From assembly GCF_964204645.1 (NCBI RefSeq), contig NC_134028.1, forward strand, positions 16,747,653 through 16,811,652: DNA of 64,000 nt. Direction: 5' to 3'. The notes beneath the pieces were generated by a model. The model saw only the letters and a list, made by a program, of their open reading frames with translations, was not told the DNA's origin and did not search any database. The DNA is from Tubulanus polymorphus (lineage: Eukaryota > Animalia > Nemertea). Position 1 is the stretch's first letter, and each line of letters begins with the position of its first letter. Shown piece after piece: positions 14,101 to 26,451 of the stretch. The position numbers and the translations under genes were made by a program.

Positions 14101-15153
14101 CTGGGAACCAGTCGCTGGCAAAACTGGGTAAAGCTGGCCGCCCACTTCTTAAGGAAATAGTATCGTTGAAATTTTGCAGAGGTTCAGTCGAAATCCTCTT
14201 CAAAAGTAGCCATGATGAAAAAAGTTGGAAAACGTTTTCCTATCTGAAAAAGAATGTGTCCTTGGCAAATCTGCGAGTTCCAAATTTGATACGCGAACAA
14301 CAACGTGGCTTGTTGACAGAGAAAAAGGCTGACATTGTGCGAAAATTGTGCCCCCTGATGCCAGAATCGAAACGTGCATTCTGGGAGAATATGCCTAACA
14401 GTGACAATGTTATCGATCTTATTAATGCTGAATAGATGGAGCTGAAAGAGCTTGATTAACTGTGGCTGAATATTTTCTTTAAATATACGGACAGTTGATT
14501 AATGAATTCGTTTATTCCTTTTCACTATATTGAAGATTGAGATTTTTGTTATTTGTTATAGTTCGAGTTCGGTTAAATTTTTCTGAATAAAAAGTTATCT
14601 TTTAAGTTTCAAGTAAAATTGTGAAACTTCTGTTTTCTGTAGTATTGAATGTTTATCATCAGTTTGTCCGCTATGCAAGCCTATTTTAAGATACGAGCCC
14701 ACAGTGTTCTCGGTCCCGTTTGAATATCGGGATCCAAACACCACCTGTGTGGACTGAGGTTACTTCTCTTTAACTGAACACAAAGATGTTACTGCTTTTT
14801 ATTATATTTCTCTTGAAGTTACTGGCATTTAACATTTTACAAATTGGAGTTGCTGCTTTTTATGCGGACACGTTTTTGGAATACTTCTTTTCTTATTATC
14901 AGGGACACGTAAAATATGACTCAATTTTCTGTCAAAAAGCAGTAACTGACAAAATATCAAATAATTCTGAGAAAAAATGAATTTTTTGCCATGAAAATAT
15001 GCGTAACCGTGTTTTGGAATGAATTGATTGTAATGGTATGAGATTTGAAGAATTTATACTAACTGGATCGATGGGGGAATGCCGTGAATCTTAAATCGCG
15101 TTTTTCTCAAAACTTTAAAAATTAAGTTACTGCCTTTTATCATGCTAGGGCAG
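11116..15153 (+). mobile_element. Sola1 DNA transposon, full length (~4.0 kb)
   Basis: TIRs are CTGCCCTAGCATGATAAAAGGCAGTAACT...AGTTACTGCCTTTTATCATGCTAGGGCAG. Many subterminal AGTTACTGCTTTT motifs are present. Flanks CACG/CACT versus empty site CACT suggest a 4-bp TSD with one mismatch. Confidence 0.85.
11870..14435 (+). CDS. Sola1-type DDE transposase; exon 1 11870-11924, exon 2 12304-14435
   Basis: Uninterrupted ORF with VCKTFFLTTL, SHYRREH, DLQKVIMLP, WHEGVAGR, WLDNCSSQNK and GHTFMAADSIH. The GTAAGT donor and TTTTAG acceptor join MSSRGMKMLQLALGKRSP in frame to ERKRRR. Confidence 0.85.
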
Positions 15154-17659
15154 CACTGACCAATTGAAACTTCTTGAAAGAACGATATACCGGTACCGCT
15201 TTTGGTGTGAAACGAGAAAGGATTCGCCATTAAAATTCATAAATTGACCATCACTGACCACCAGTGAAACTTCTCAAATATCGTGGTCGAATTCGAAAGT
15301 GCTTGTCGTCGTATTGCTATTTCTAGAAACCAGCAGAAAGTTTTGCTACTGTTTTTGAATGGCGTTGACATGATGGAAATTTATTACCCATAAGGGTTAC
15401 ACATCTGGATCACAGCACCTCACTTGCCGCAGTGCGTTATTTTCCCTGCATAGTAATGCTAATACATAAACTTTTTTACTACTTGACTCGAATCATCTGA
15501 ACAGTACTGCGTTTGAAAATTCAACGAATAGAAAATGTTTGCGGGATGCGCCTACGAATAAGTTATAATAAGATTAATTAATCGATGCATGAAAAACAAT
15601 TAAATCACAAGGTGACTAACACCCGTCTTTCAACCAATCTGCGCGATACCAATTAATTAAATCATTAAACGCATTGGGTTCCTAATATTTGAAATCATGT
15701 GATACAATAGTTGTTCTTTAGACTTGGCCACTTTCATTTCAGAAAACCGCGTACTAGACCAGTGGTCACCGAGGCATTAACCATTCCTTCAAGTTTTGAA
15801 AATTCGATGGTAATGCGGATTCTTCGCCTCTAAAAACAGTTTTCTTTATATTAAAAGTGTTCATAGGAATTGAAATTTGGAGTGATATCAGTCACAGCTG
15901 TAACCCTTTTTCATTGTCAGTTCTTTTTTGGAATTCAAGTAGATTAGTGAAAATATCAATGATGAAGTTCACTTATTATATCAAGTACCGTTTTTACTGT
16001 CGCATGCGAGTCGAAACAAAAAGATCTATCCAACTGCATATGTTCGGGTATAACCTGTGATATCCTTCAGTATGTTATGAATATCTTTAAAAATTTGTGT
16101 TCTAGTATAATACCCGAAGGTTTAACTATCGGACACATAAAAGATTCGCCATAATCAAAGTTTTTAAGAAAATCTTTCTTCGAGAAAGAAAGATCTTTAA
16201 AAGGACGATTGGCGTCAAACTAATCCATAATGGACTGTTGTGAATTTATTGAATAATCCACCTGAGAAATTTTAAGATTTCGAAGCGAAATTTATTCATA
16301 TAAATCAAAAATGCATAAATAACTTGACGTTATTTGCGGGTCTCATGAAACACTTTCGTGCGCTCTTTTTAAATCTAAAATAGCATAAATACATGCGTGT
16401 TTCGTTATAAACAAGGTTAAATTCCAAATGGAGCCTGTATCTCACACGATATACAGATCTTGAATTTCCTCTAACTACGTAGGCCCTTTCCAAACGGGAA
16501 TTGTTCAGTTTTTTAACGGCCGACATTCAGAGGCACCTAAAAAACCGGTTGTATAGCACTTGAGATTTTCGGTGTAGGGCACATCTCACATCGACTCGGC
16601 TCGCGGTCGGTGGTTTAATGGGAACACATCTGGTTGTTACTAGTTTAACAGTTGACGAATTCAGAAAACTTTTTCAAATGTCTTTGATAACTTTTTAAAC
16701 ATAGTATTCCTCTTAATTACATTTCGCTGATTCCATAGATATTTTTTCATGAAAATTGCTCCAGTTATAACGGATTTAAACATACATGTAAAATGATTAT
16801 TTTTAAAATATTCAATTTTCTCCGATTTTGAAGAAATTCTGACACAATATCATCTCCACTCGACACATGATTTTACTTCGGCGCCTTTGAAGGGAGTGTC
16901 ACTTGTTGTTGAGTTCATATTTAGTCAATAAAGAAGATATGCCTGATTCCTTTTTAGAATTTAGATTTCGACGGATACCATCAAATTACTAGAAAGGGAC
17001 AGCAGCTTTCGGTCATCCGCAAATAAATACCTAAAATGCTCTCCTAGGGTTATGGAAAAACATGTCACGAAACATACGGAAAATCCTTTGTTTGGTAGAC
17101 TGAAATCATTGAACTCTTAAATAGCAACATTCAGAGAAACAAAAACATAAGAATATATTCTCGCCCACCCTTTAAAAAAAAACGTGATTTCAATTGAAGA
17201 TGACACGTAGCCTCATATCAAATGATATGAACGCAACAGAGCCTATTCATTCTCTTTAAGAGGATGGGTCTCCACATTAATAGGATACGATACGAGATTC
17301 GTGGGTACGAATGATGAATACAACTGATAAAGCGCCAATTTCACTGATTCTTGCACATAAAGGTGTTTTAGAGTAATCTAGTTAACAGGTGTGTTTTAGT
17401 AGTATTTTGAATTTAAACTCAAATCGGGGTTCATGACGAACATTGAGCATTCTAGGGCTGGAGCAAGAAACGTGTGGGATCGTCCGCCAATGGTATCACC
17501 AAAGAAATAATAAGGAGCCAGTCCGTGGTGGCTATTGAAAGCGACGACCGCATGTGAATGCATTGATTGAATGACATCTCAAAAGTCAGATTTTATAAAA
17601 TTGTGACATAAATGTTCAATTAAAAAGTAGAAACCGAATCCATACTTCAGTCTGATATT

Positions 17660-17760
17660 GTTATAACATCAAACAGTCAAATTTAATCCTTTGTTAGATT
17701 GGTAGCCAGTGTAGATGCGCAAGAATAGTGGTCCCTAATTTTAATGTGGACTGTTCAACA
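17660..17760 (-). pseudogene. Very old L2/CR1-group LINE remnant inside the host repeat (also at ~51450-51540)
   Basis: The minus strand reads LHWLPI*QRIKF, the C-terminal signature of L2-type ORF2. Confidence 0.45.
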
Positions 17761-18526
17761 AGTTGGAGTTTGTGACGAGATGAATGAGTTTAAAATGGAG
17801 TTGAATTTAGATAATACTGTTTGAATGTCTATTACTCAATCTTTTTATTGATCATAAAAAATTGTGGTAAAATATTTGACTCTAGGGTTGGTTTTAGATT
17901 GTATCTCTCCACGCCAGAGGTAATCACGGATATTGGACTACACAAAATTCCTTGTGTACAGCTCAACTTTTTAAATCCCTGGAAAAGCTCGCCACGGATA
18001 TATCTCAGTAATGATTAATTTTCCCACAAATTCTCCCCTTCGAAAAACCTAAACAACCAATGTACGCTAGCTCTAAGTTTGCCAATGCACTATTGTTACC
18101 TTTTCTAGCTATTTGCACTAGCTGTTTGTCGCAAATAGATTGCATCCTCTATTACAGGAGTAAAGGATACAGCTCTGGGACCCGTTTCTCAAAAGATAAG
18201 TGTATTTAGTACACGTGTTTTTAAAATACCCTACAACTATTCATATCATTATGAGTTTTTCCGGTTTGCTCGGCTACCCGTACTGGCGGGGTAGTCTAGA
18301 GAGGCCAATGAAAACTCCGGTTTGCTGAACCACCCCTCTTTGCGGGGATGCGGTATGATGTTTGATCTGACAGTTTCAAGTGGTTAATGGCTGTTTCAAG
18401 TGCTTACAACGATGCTTATTACTTCATGGTACATGGTGGTTTAAAAAAAGATTTCATAATAATACGCTCACCGCGTGGGCTTCGTAGAAAGACCACTACC
18501 TGTGACCTTCCCAAATTTTAATTGTC

Positions 18527-19086
18527 AGTAAGAGGGTTAATGGGCTTTCAAGCCAAAGGTCGAACGGTCGAGCTCATTAAAATACAAAACATTAAAAGTA
18601 ATTTAAAACTATAATATATTTTCATAACCGTGCGCATTTTATATTATAACTAAATATTTATGTTAAGATATCAATAATTTAAATTTTAAAAGCATATTGT
18701 ATTAAATCAATTGGTCGCTCCACTTCGCTACCGCTCCGCTCTGCGACCAATTGATTTATTTATAATACACAAATTCATATAATCAAATACATTCAAATAA
18801 TAAGAATTATTCTATTATTCAACTGAAATACACACGGTTATGAAAATATATTATAGTTTTAAATTACTTTTAATATTTGTTTTTAATGAACTCGACCATT
18901 CAACCTTTAACCTGAAAGCCCATTACCCCTATTACTCTTAAAATAATCATGTACATGAATAACATTTAAATTGACAGATTATTCAATATAAAAGTATATA
19001 TTTACAACATTATTTCAATATTCATATTTGTGTGAGTTAGATTTTTAAACATTAAAAGTGTTAGTAAAGTGTGATTGAAATAATGC
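18527..19086 (+). repeat. Left TIR of Polinton, whose first 410 bp (18527-18936) form a fold-back
   Basis: Reverse complement of ~35862-36426. Internal arms are AGTAAGAGGGTTAATGGGCTTTCA.../...TGAAAGCCCATTACCCCTATTACT, with a central 16-bp stem at 18703-18718/18743-18758. Confidence 0.95.
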
Positions 19087-19804
19087 ATAGCTGTTTATAC
19101 TAGAACATGATTCTATTTGAGCCTATAAACATTTCATGTAATGAACTATTGAATAAATCTATAAATTCACAGCTGTTACAGCTGTTACTATGACGCCGAG
19201 ACATATGAGTCATTATTGCAGCAAACGTGTAGAGAAAATTGTAGAAGGTGTGCCGGAACCAGATGACGTGGCAGGAAATGAACAGGCGCTGTAACATTAC
19301 GCTCAGGATATTCTATCTCTCGAAACGAAATTAGGAGTTTATAGTTTACAATTCTAAATCTAAATGTAAGTACTGTTTTTTGTAGTTATTAGGGCTATTA
19401 AATATGAAACCTTTAGATATATTTAAGTGTATTTAGTATATCTTTTAGATGGCTAGAGTTGCCGCTAATATCTTCTAGATTAATAAAACGCCATACGCAT
19501 CAAGAAGTGATAGAGAAACTCAAGATACTCTTTCTGACTGAGGAATCAACAGCAATGGATATCGAACCAATAGAAATTAGCACAAGAAACACAAGAATCG
19601 CCAAAAGATCAACGAAGAAACTATATAAGAATTTCAAAAACATTAAGACTCCAATGATTAAGTTTAACATTTGTTGATGTAGTTAAATATTTACCAGCAA
19701 TTGAAAAAATGTTTGTAATTATAAATTGTATTTATAGAAATCAAATGATGTATTGGAAGAAACGACTGAACAACTTGTATAATGTATTGTGTAAATCTGA
19801 TTGG

Positions 19805-20170
19805 TGACACATGTAACGCATGTGACGCGGACATGAACGCGTTTGAATTTTCTATGTTCAGTTGTTTCTATTTTACAGAATGAATATATAATTATGATTA
19901 GCGCATGTGTATTAAGCAAAAGCGGACATCAATGGCCGCATGTGGCGCATGTAACGCATGTGACGAGGACATGAATGCGTTTGAATTTTCTATGTTCAGT
20001 TGTTTCTATTTGCATAATGAATATATAATTATGATTAACACATGTGCATTGATCCAAACCGGCCATAAATGGCCGCATGTGACGCATGTAACGCATGTGT
20101 TGTTTCTATTTTACAGAATTTATAGAATGAATATATCATTATGATTAACGCATGCGCATTAAGCAAAAGC
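19805..20170. repeat. ~140-bp tandem repeats (about 2.5 copies) rich in GCATGT/CATGTAACGCATGTGACG motifs
   Basis: Repeated CATGTAACGCATGTG...GTTGTTTCTATTTT..AGAATGAATATAT..TTATGATTA at ~19810, ~19948 and ~20085. Confidence 0.85.
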
Positions 20171-20343
20171 GCTCCTGTATGTCCGCATTTGACGCGGGTA
20201 TTGTAACTGGTATGATTTAGATATCAAGGAATCGAAACTGACTTATCAAAAGCAGCGAGGAATGAAAAAGGATGACGTTGGTCGAAGAAATGGAAGAGGA
20301 TTCTAAAATATTAACCAATTTAGTAAAAAAATACGTATAATAA

Positions 20344-21000
20344 ATGGAACCAGAACAACCACAAACTATCAATATTACAAATAACGCTGGTGTTATAAAT
20401 ATATATTACAAGAAGTGTTCTAAATGTGAATTAGATAAATTAGCTTTAACAGAATTTAGTAAGCGTAAGATTAGCCATGATGGTTTTCAATATTGCTGTA
20501 AAACTTGTTTTAAACTATATACCAAACAATACCGAGAAGATAATATAGAACATTATAATTATTATATGGCAGAATATATGAGAGAAAGATATCAAACAGA
20601 TCTTAATTTTAGATTGAAACAATGCTTAAGATCTAGATTAACACAATTATTCAACAAAGAAACACATTCAGAAACACTATCTAATCTATTGGGTTGTTCA
20701 GATGAATTTCTCAAATCATGGATTATATTTCAATTCGATGATAAAATGAATATAGATAATTATGGGGATTATTACCATATTGATCACGTGTTACCGATTT
20801 CTAAATTTAACATGAATGATGAATACAATAAAAAAACTTATTTGGGGTTGAAAAAATTTAAGACCTCTTGAAAAGAAAGAAAATCAAATCAAATCTAATA
20901 AACTAGATTTACAGTTATATTTAGAACAGTTAACAAAGGCAAAGAAATTTATTGATCAATGGAACAATGATCCAAATAATGAACAATACGTTGAGGAATT
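20344..21000 (+). pseudogene. HNH endonuclease with N-terminal Zn ribbon, NCLDV-like; frameshifted at C-terminus
   Basis: CSKC...EF...SHDG.QYCCKTC, LLGCS.EFLKSWI..QF and YHIDHVLPISKF. Another frame continues KNLRPLEKKENQIKSNK. Confidence 0.75.
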
Positions 21001-21324
21001 TGATATCAAGGATCCGAAATGACTTATCTGGACAGTTATAATTACTGCTCCTAATAGATAAACAAAAGTAGTGAGATATCAAATAGAATTTAAATAAAAT
21101 ATAATAAAAAAACAATAACTTCAACTAGCTAGTGAATTCTATTATATTTTTAATATTTTCTTTTCAAAAAGAGAATACTTTATATTTTGAATAGATTCAA
21201 ATATAAATTCTTTAAATTCAAATAGCTAGTATCAGTAGTCAATACTAGAATTCTTTAGCTTTAACTAGCTAGTATCATTTGAAGAATACTTATAATATTT
21301 TTTTGCTTTTTTTCTCTAATATAA

Positions 21325-21933
21325 ATGTCAAAGAAATCGAGTAAGAATAGTATTGATATTGAAAAGACATTAGTTGATTTGGGTATAAGTGATAATAAAG
21401 ATACAGTTGTAACTAATTGTGCTCAAGTTAATTGTAATATAGATTATGAATACTATTTATATTGTAAGCATCATCTAGAACTATTGATTGCCGGTGGAAA
21501 AACTAAGGAGTTTTTAAATAGAATCATTACTTTTCAAGAATTAGATGCTATGAAACCAGATAAAGTAATAAAATATTTTAAGATTTATGAAGAGGCAAGA
21601 TTGGCCCGAATAAATGATTCTATTTCAGATGGTATTGTCAAATGTTATTCTAAGTTATGTAACCAGTTAATACCAATTGATGATGAAAATAAATTATATA
21701 GTGATTTGAAAAATGACTACTTAGTTATGACTGAATTACAAAAATGGGTTGGTTATGCTTCATTTCAATTAGGATCGGTTATGACATTAATTTCTACTGG
21801 CGTCATAACATTTTCGAACATCAAGCCTATGGAATATAAATCAGGTAAGAATGAAACAGATGACGCTGTACTACAACCAAACAGCGAAACAGAAAATGAA
21901 TCAGAACAAAAATTAACTAAAATAAATGAGTGA
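21325..21933 (+). CDS. Polinton hypothetical protein (202 aa)
   Basis: Intact ORF with T7-N8-TAAATG start; function not identifiable. Confidence 0.7.
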   Translation: MSKKSSKNSIDIEKTLVDLGISDNKDTVVTNCAQVNCNIDYEYYLYCKHHLELLIAGGKTKEFLNRIITFQELDAMKPDKVIKYFKIYEEARLARINDSISDGIVKCYSKLCNQLIPIDDENKLYSDLKNDYLVMTELQKWVGYASFQLGSVMTLISTGVITFSNIKPMEYKSGKNETDDAVLQPNSETENESEQKLTKINE

Positions 21934-22257
21934 TAGCGTTAAGAAAAAGGCTAGATCCGAGAAACAAATTAAATGGGCAAGAGAATTAGGTAAAAGATCT
22001 TCAGAATTAAAAAAAGCTAAGAAAAAGAAATTAACTGATATAAATGAATCACAGACTTTATCTGATATTGATTCAAATAATAATCCATCTGATTCTTCTC
22101 ATGCTGGAAGTAATTATAAATTATATATTACAATTGGATAAGTAACAGTTATTATATTATCCGGCGTAATATATAAATCAAAATTCAAATCTGATGATAA
22201 ATATGATTCCAATGACAATAAACCTATTACCAAGATTATTATTAATGGATTAAAATA
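21926..22257 (+). pseudogene. Small basic protein with a hydrophobic segment (stop-interrupted)
   Basis: TAAATG start and KKKARSEKQIKWARELGKRS. The frame continues past a TAA with VTVIILSGVIY. Confidence 0.5.
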
Positions 22258-22259
22258 AG

Positions 22260-23373
22260 ATGAAAAAAGAACAATATTTAAGAGATTTATGTTATAACCC
22301 AGAAAGTGAAGTATCATATTCTAACGTTACAGAATTATGGGGTAAAATTAAATCTGATAAGGAAAATGGCGCCATACGGCACCCACACGGTGATATAAAA
22401 TATAGTGAATTGAAATCATGGTTACAAAATCAACCAACATATCAAATACACAAGAAAATGGATAAAACTTATTTAACAAGAAAAGTTATGGTTTCATATA
22501 TTGATCAACAATGGCAAGCAGATTTAATTGACATGAAGAACTTAGAAGAATACAACAAAGGATATTTCTGGATACTGAATGTTATAGACATATTCAGTCG
22601 ATACGCATGGTCAATTCCAATCAAAAATAAAACTGGTATCGAAGTAACAAATGCTTTTAAGAATATATTTAAAGAAGCTATTCCAGATAAGATACAATTT
22701 GATGAAGGTAAAGAATTTTATAACAAACATTTTAAAAAACTATTATCTGATAACGATGTAGAATATTTTCCAACACATTCAGATAAAAAAGCATCTATTA
22801 TAGAAAGATTTAATAAAACATTGAAAACTAGAATCTGGAAATATTTTACTGCTAATGAAACATATAAATATATCGATGTGTTAGATGATTTAGTGAAAGG
22901 TTATAATAATTCTAAACATAGTTCTATAAATATGAAACCTATACAAGCTAGAAAAGAAGATAATTCAGAAATAGTTTGGAATAATTTATATGGCGCATTT
23001 GTTACACATGATTTCGGAGAACCTAAATTTAAAATTGGACAACACGTAAGAATATCTAAATATAGAAAAACATTTTATAAAGGTTATACTCCAAATTTTA
23101 CAGAAGAAATATTTAAGATTAAAAAGATAATATTAACTAAACCTTTTGTTTATAAATTAGAAGATTTAAAAGATGAAAAAATATTAGGTTATTTCTATGA
23201 ACAAGAATTATCACTTGTACCAAATCCAGATGAAATAGAATACTAAATAGAAAAAGTATTGAAAACAAAAACTCTTAAAGGAAGAAAGTATTCTTTGGTG
23301 AAATATAAAGGATATGATGATAAATTTAATGAATGGATTTTATCTAGTAAAATTAAAAGAATAAATGAATAAA
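22260..23373 (+). pseudogene. Retroviral-like (RVE) integrase with C-terminal chromodomain; premature stop at 23244-23246
   Basis: WQADLIDM, VIDIFSRYAW, QFDEGKEF and IERFNKTLK. After the stop the frame reads IEKVLKTK...YSLVKYKGYDDKFNEWI (chromodomain). Confidence 0.92.
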
Positions 23374-23976
23374 GATTTATTTATATTTGAACCGTATAAT
23401 ATGTTAGTTACTGGAGTAACCAATTGTGGTAAAACACATTTCATATTAGATTTGTTAGAAACTATTTATAAGAATCATTTTGATAATATAATATTATTCT
23501 GTCCTACTTATGAAATGAATGAAACATATAATAGAGACATAGTTAAGATAAAAAAGTTTATTATATTAGATCCTAAAACAGTAAAAGAAAATTTAGATAA
23601 TTGTATAAAAATAGCAATTGATACTTATAAAGGATCAAATACATTATTCATTATAGATGATTGCGCAAATTTACATGATTCAAAAGTTAGAGAAAGTGAG
23701 TTATGTTATTTAGCTTTCTCTGGAAGACATTTTGGGATAACAACATCGGCTTTAAATCAAAAATATAATTCAATTATTAAAGACTTTAGGAAGAATATAA
23801 GATTTCTAGTTTTATTTTATAACAAAGATAAAAAATCTATGCAACAATCATTGGAAGAAAATCAAATTATACCTACTGAATTACATGATGAATATATGAA
23901 TAAATTAAAGAATAATAAAGGTTCAAAATTATTACTGAGATTACAATTTCCATATGAATATAAATTTATAAAATAA
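23365..23976 (+). CDS. A32/FtsK-like DNA packaging ATPase
   Basis: Walker A VTGVTNCGKT, Walker B LFIIDD, SGRH motif, NQ..IIKDFR. Confidence 0.93.
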   Translation: MNKDLFIFEPYNMLVTGVTNCGKTHFILDLLETIYKNHFDNIILFCPTYEMNETYNRDIVKIKKFIILDPKTVKENLDNCIKIAIDTYKGSNTLFIIDDCANLHDSKVRESELCYLAFSGRHFGITTSALNQKYNSIIKDFRKNIRFLVLFYNKDKKSMQQSLEENQIIPTELHDEYMNKLKNNKGSKLLLRLQFPYEYKFIK

Positions 23977-24289
23977 CTATTTATATATCTATCTAATACG
24001 TATTAAATACATTAATACTTAAAACCCCCTTTTTTTAAATAAATATTATTCATACAATTTTCAACCAATTTATTTTTATTTTTTTCAACTAATATATGAA
24101 TAAGTTTGAAAATAATAAAGGTTATTTATTATTACTGAGGTTTCAATATAAATTTGAAAATATAATTTAAGGTATTTTCAAATAATACGTATTAGATACG
24201 TATTAGATATGTATTAAATACGTATTAGATACCTTAATACTTAAAACCCCCTTTTTTATTTACTATTATTTTATACAATTTTCAACCTT

Positions 24290-25151
24290 TATTACTTTTT
24301 GAGTGTTAGGTAATCACTTTCTGAATCACTTTCACTATCAGACCCTAACAATTTATTCAAATGCGCTACCGTATCTTCATAAATAATTGGTTTATTGATA
24401 TACTTATTAGTCATCTCAACTATATCTTTATTTTCTGATTTAAGTTTCATAGAATCTTTATTATCAATGCGCTTTCCTGTATTTTCATTATTATCTTTAT
24501 TAGTGTTTGCTCCTAATATTTCATTTACAATGTTTGATTCTAATTTAATAGCATCGGTTAAATCTAATTCATCTTTATTAGGCGTTGCTAATAATAAATC
24601 TTTATATAATTCTTTACCATTTACTTTTTGATTTCAAACAAACTTTGTAACATATCTAAATGGGTGTTCTATAAATTCTCTTAAACCAATACGTTATAAC
24701 ATTATAACAATATAACATTAGTAATATGTGAATTTGTATTCATATGATTATTCCAATTTGATGGAGCGTTTGAAAACTCGCCTTTATAATAATCACAATA
24801 ATTTCTATTTTCACTAACATTTAATATTATTTCATTATTAGATGTAGAAGGTATTACATTATTAGATGTAGAAGGTAATACATTATTAGATGTAGAAGGT
24901 ATTACATTATTAGATGTAGAAGGTATTACATTATTAGATGTAGAAGGTATTACATTATTATCAATTACATTACTTAAATTATCAACAACACCACTTTAAT
25001 TATTATCGATTTCTATTAGTTTAGTTTTATAAATTTTGAAAATAGGATCAAATATCAAAGCTATATTACAAGGTATTACATAATATAAACCATCATTATT
25101 TTCATGTGTATCTATGTATGGAATATGTTTATATACTTTACCTCCTTCCAT
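24290..25151 (-). pseudogene. Polinton hypothetical gene with 24-bp (SNNVIPST) repeat array at 24833-24960
   Basis: TAAATGG start at 25151 (MEGGKVYKHIPY...). Five tandem CATTATTAGATGTAGAAGGTATTA units are present. The frame is broken by stops. Confidence 0.55.
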
Positions 25152-25183
25152 TTATTATATATATTTTTATTAAAGTTAAAATT

Positions 25184-26431
25184 TTAATACATAACACTAT
25201 CTAATTGTGAATTTACAATATTTAATTGTGCGTCAGATATAATATAAATGTGCATTTTAAAATTTTTGATTCCTTTATTCTTTGTCATGAATAATTGTAT
25301 TCCATCTTTAGTGTTTTGTAATTTTTTTCCAGAACCATGTAATGAATTATCCTCTGTTGTCCTAAAATCTAACCATAATGCATATTTATTACCGGTATAA
25401 TAATCAATTTGATTAATATTACAATTTTCAGATGATTTTACTTTTTCATTCATAAAATGTTTTCTAATTTCTGGCCATTGATCAATCATTCTCATTCCTT
25501 GACAAAATATTTTATTTGCTATTCCTTCGATAGTTATTTCTACTTTTGTTATTTCAGGATTATAATAATTATCAACATTTATTGCGCCATTAGTCTACGT
25601 TGCAATGGTAAAAAATATTAATATACCTTTAATAGATCTTCTTGGGAAGTTAATATTCTCATTAATAATTTCATCATTTGCATTAATAGTTACAGTTTTA
25701 AATTTATCAATATAATCATATAATAATGAAAATCCTTGATTGTATTGAGTTTGAATTATACTTGCAATATTTTCATCAGTTACTGTTTCATATTCTAAAC
25801 ATATATTCGATAATTTATAACTCATATCTTTATTAACGCTAGATAATACAATTTCATTTACAGGAGCAAATGTTATTTCGAATATAACGTCTTCTTGAAT
25901 TGCGTATTTATATAAAGGTGCATTATTATTTATTAATTCAAAGTCTAATGGAATTTTATATTTGCTTCCATATATAATTTTTATCAATTTATCTATAGAA
26001 TTAGTTAATATTGCGCTATTAGCTTCTGATCTTAATTTATTTTGGTTTTCTGATTGGATGCCTTGAAATATCATATTATTTCTATTTTCTTTAGTTAACC
26101 ATAAATCTTTATAATGCATAAATAAATTATAATCATCTAATGAGAAAACTGTTTCTGGACCAATCTTTATTGTTAATTTTTTAATCAAATACCTTCCAAC
26201 ATTATCAACAACATAATTATTATTATTACCGATTACTTTTATATCGGCTGATAAATAAATACTATTTGGAACATAAAAAGTATTTTGTGTTAATCGAGGA
26301 ATTCTAACATATAAAGTTTCATCGGGATTAATATTAGAAGGGTTATGAGTAATTATATGATGTGATCTTTCTGCTTTAATAGCATTAGATATTCTATGAT
26401 TCTTAGAAGGATTGATATAACTCCCACTCAT
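25184..26431 (-). pseudogene. Major capsid protein (double jelly-roll, Polinton type), split by one in-frame stop
   Basis: HNPSNINPDETLYVRIP, VDNVGR.LIKKL, YKDLWLT, NICLEYETV, RSIKGIL, YNPEITKVEITIEG..N, YALWLDFRT.EDN.LHGSG and IISDAQLNI match my recollection of invertebrate Polinton MCPs. Total length is ~415 aa. Confidence 0.8.
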
Positions 26432-26451
26432 TTATTTAACAAAAAAATTAA

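Larger units (their letters stand above)
10496..18197. repeat. Host repeat unit copy 1 (~3.7 kb excluding the Sola1 insertion); copy 2 starts at 18247 and ends at ~51980, split by four events
   Basis: Near-identical sequence at 18247-18526, 36427-36735, 41922-44169/47610 and 51039-51980. Confidence 0.95.

Noticed and set aside
16990-17030. Minus-strand FADD as a CR1 reverse transcriptase motif
   Set aside because: Surrounding translation lacks other RT motifs; too weak on its own.
22250-22262. ATAAG before the integrase ATG as a baculovirus late promoter
   Set aside because: Single occurrence in very AT-rich DNA; more likely a variant of the TAAATG initiator.
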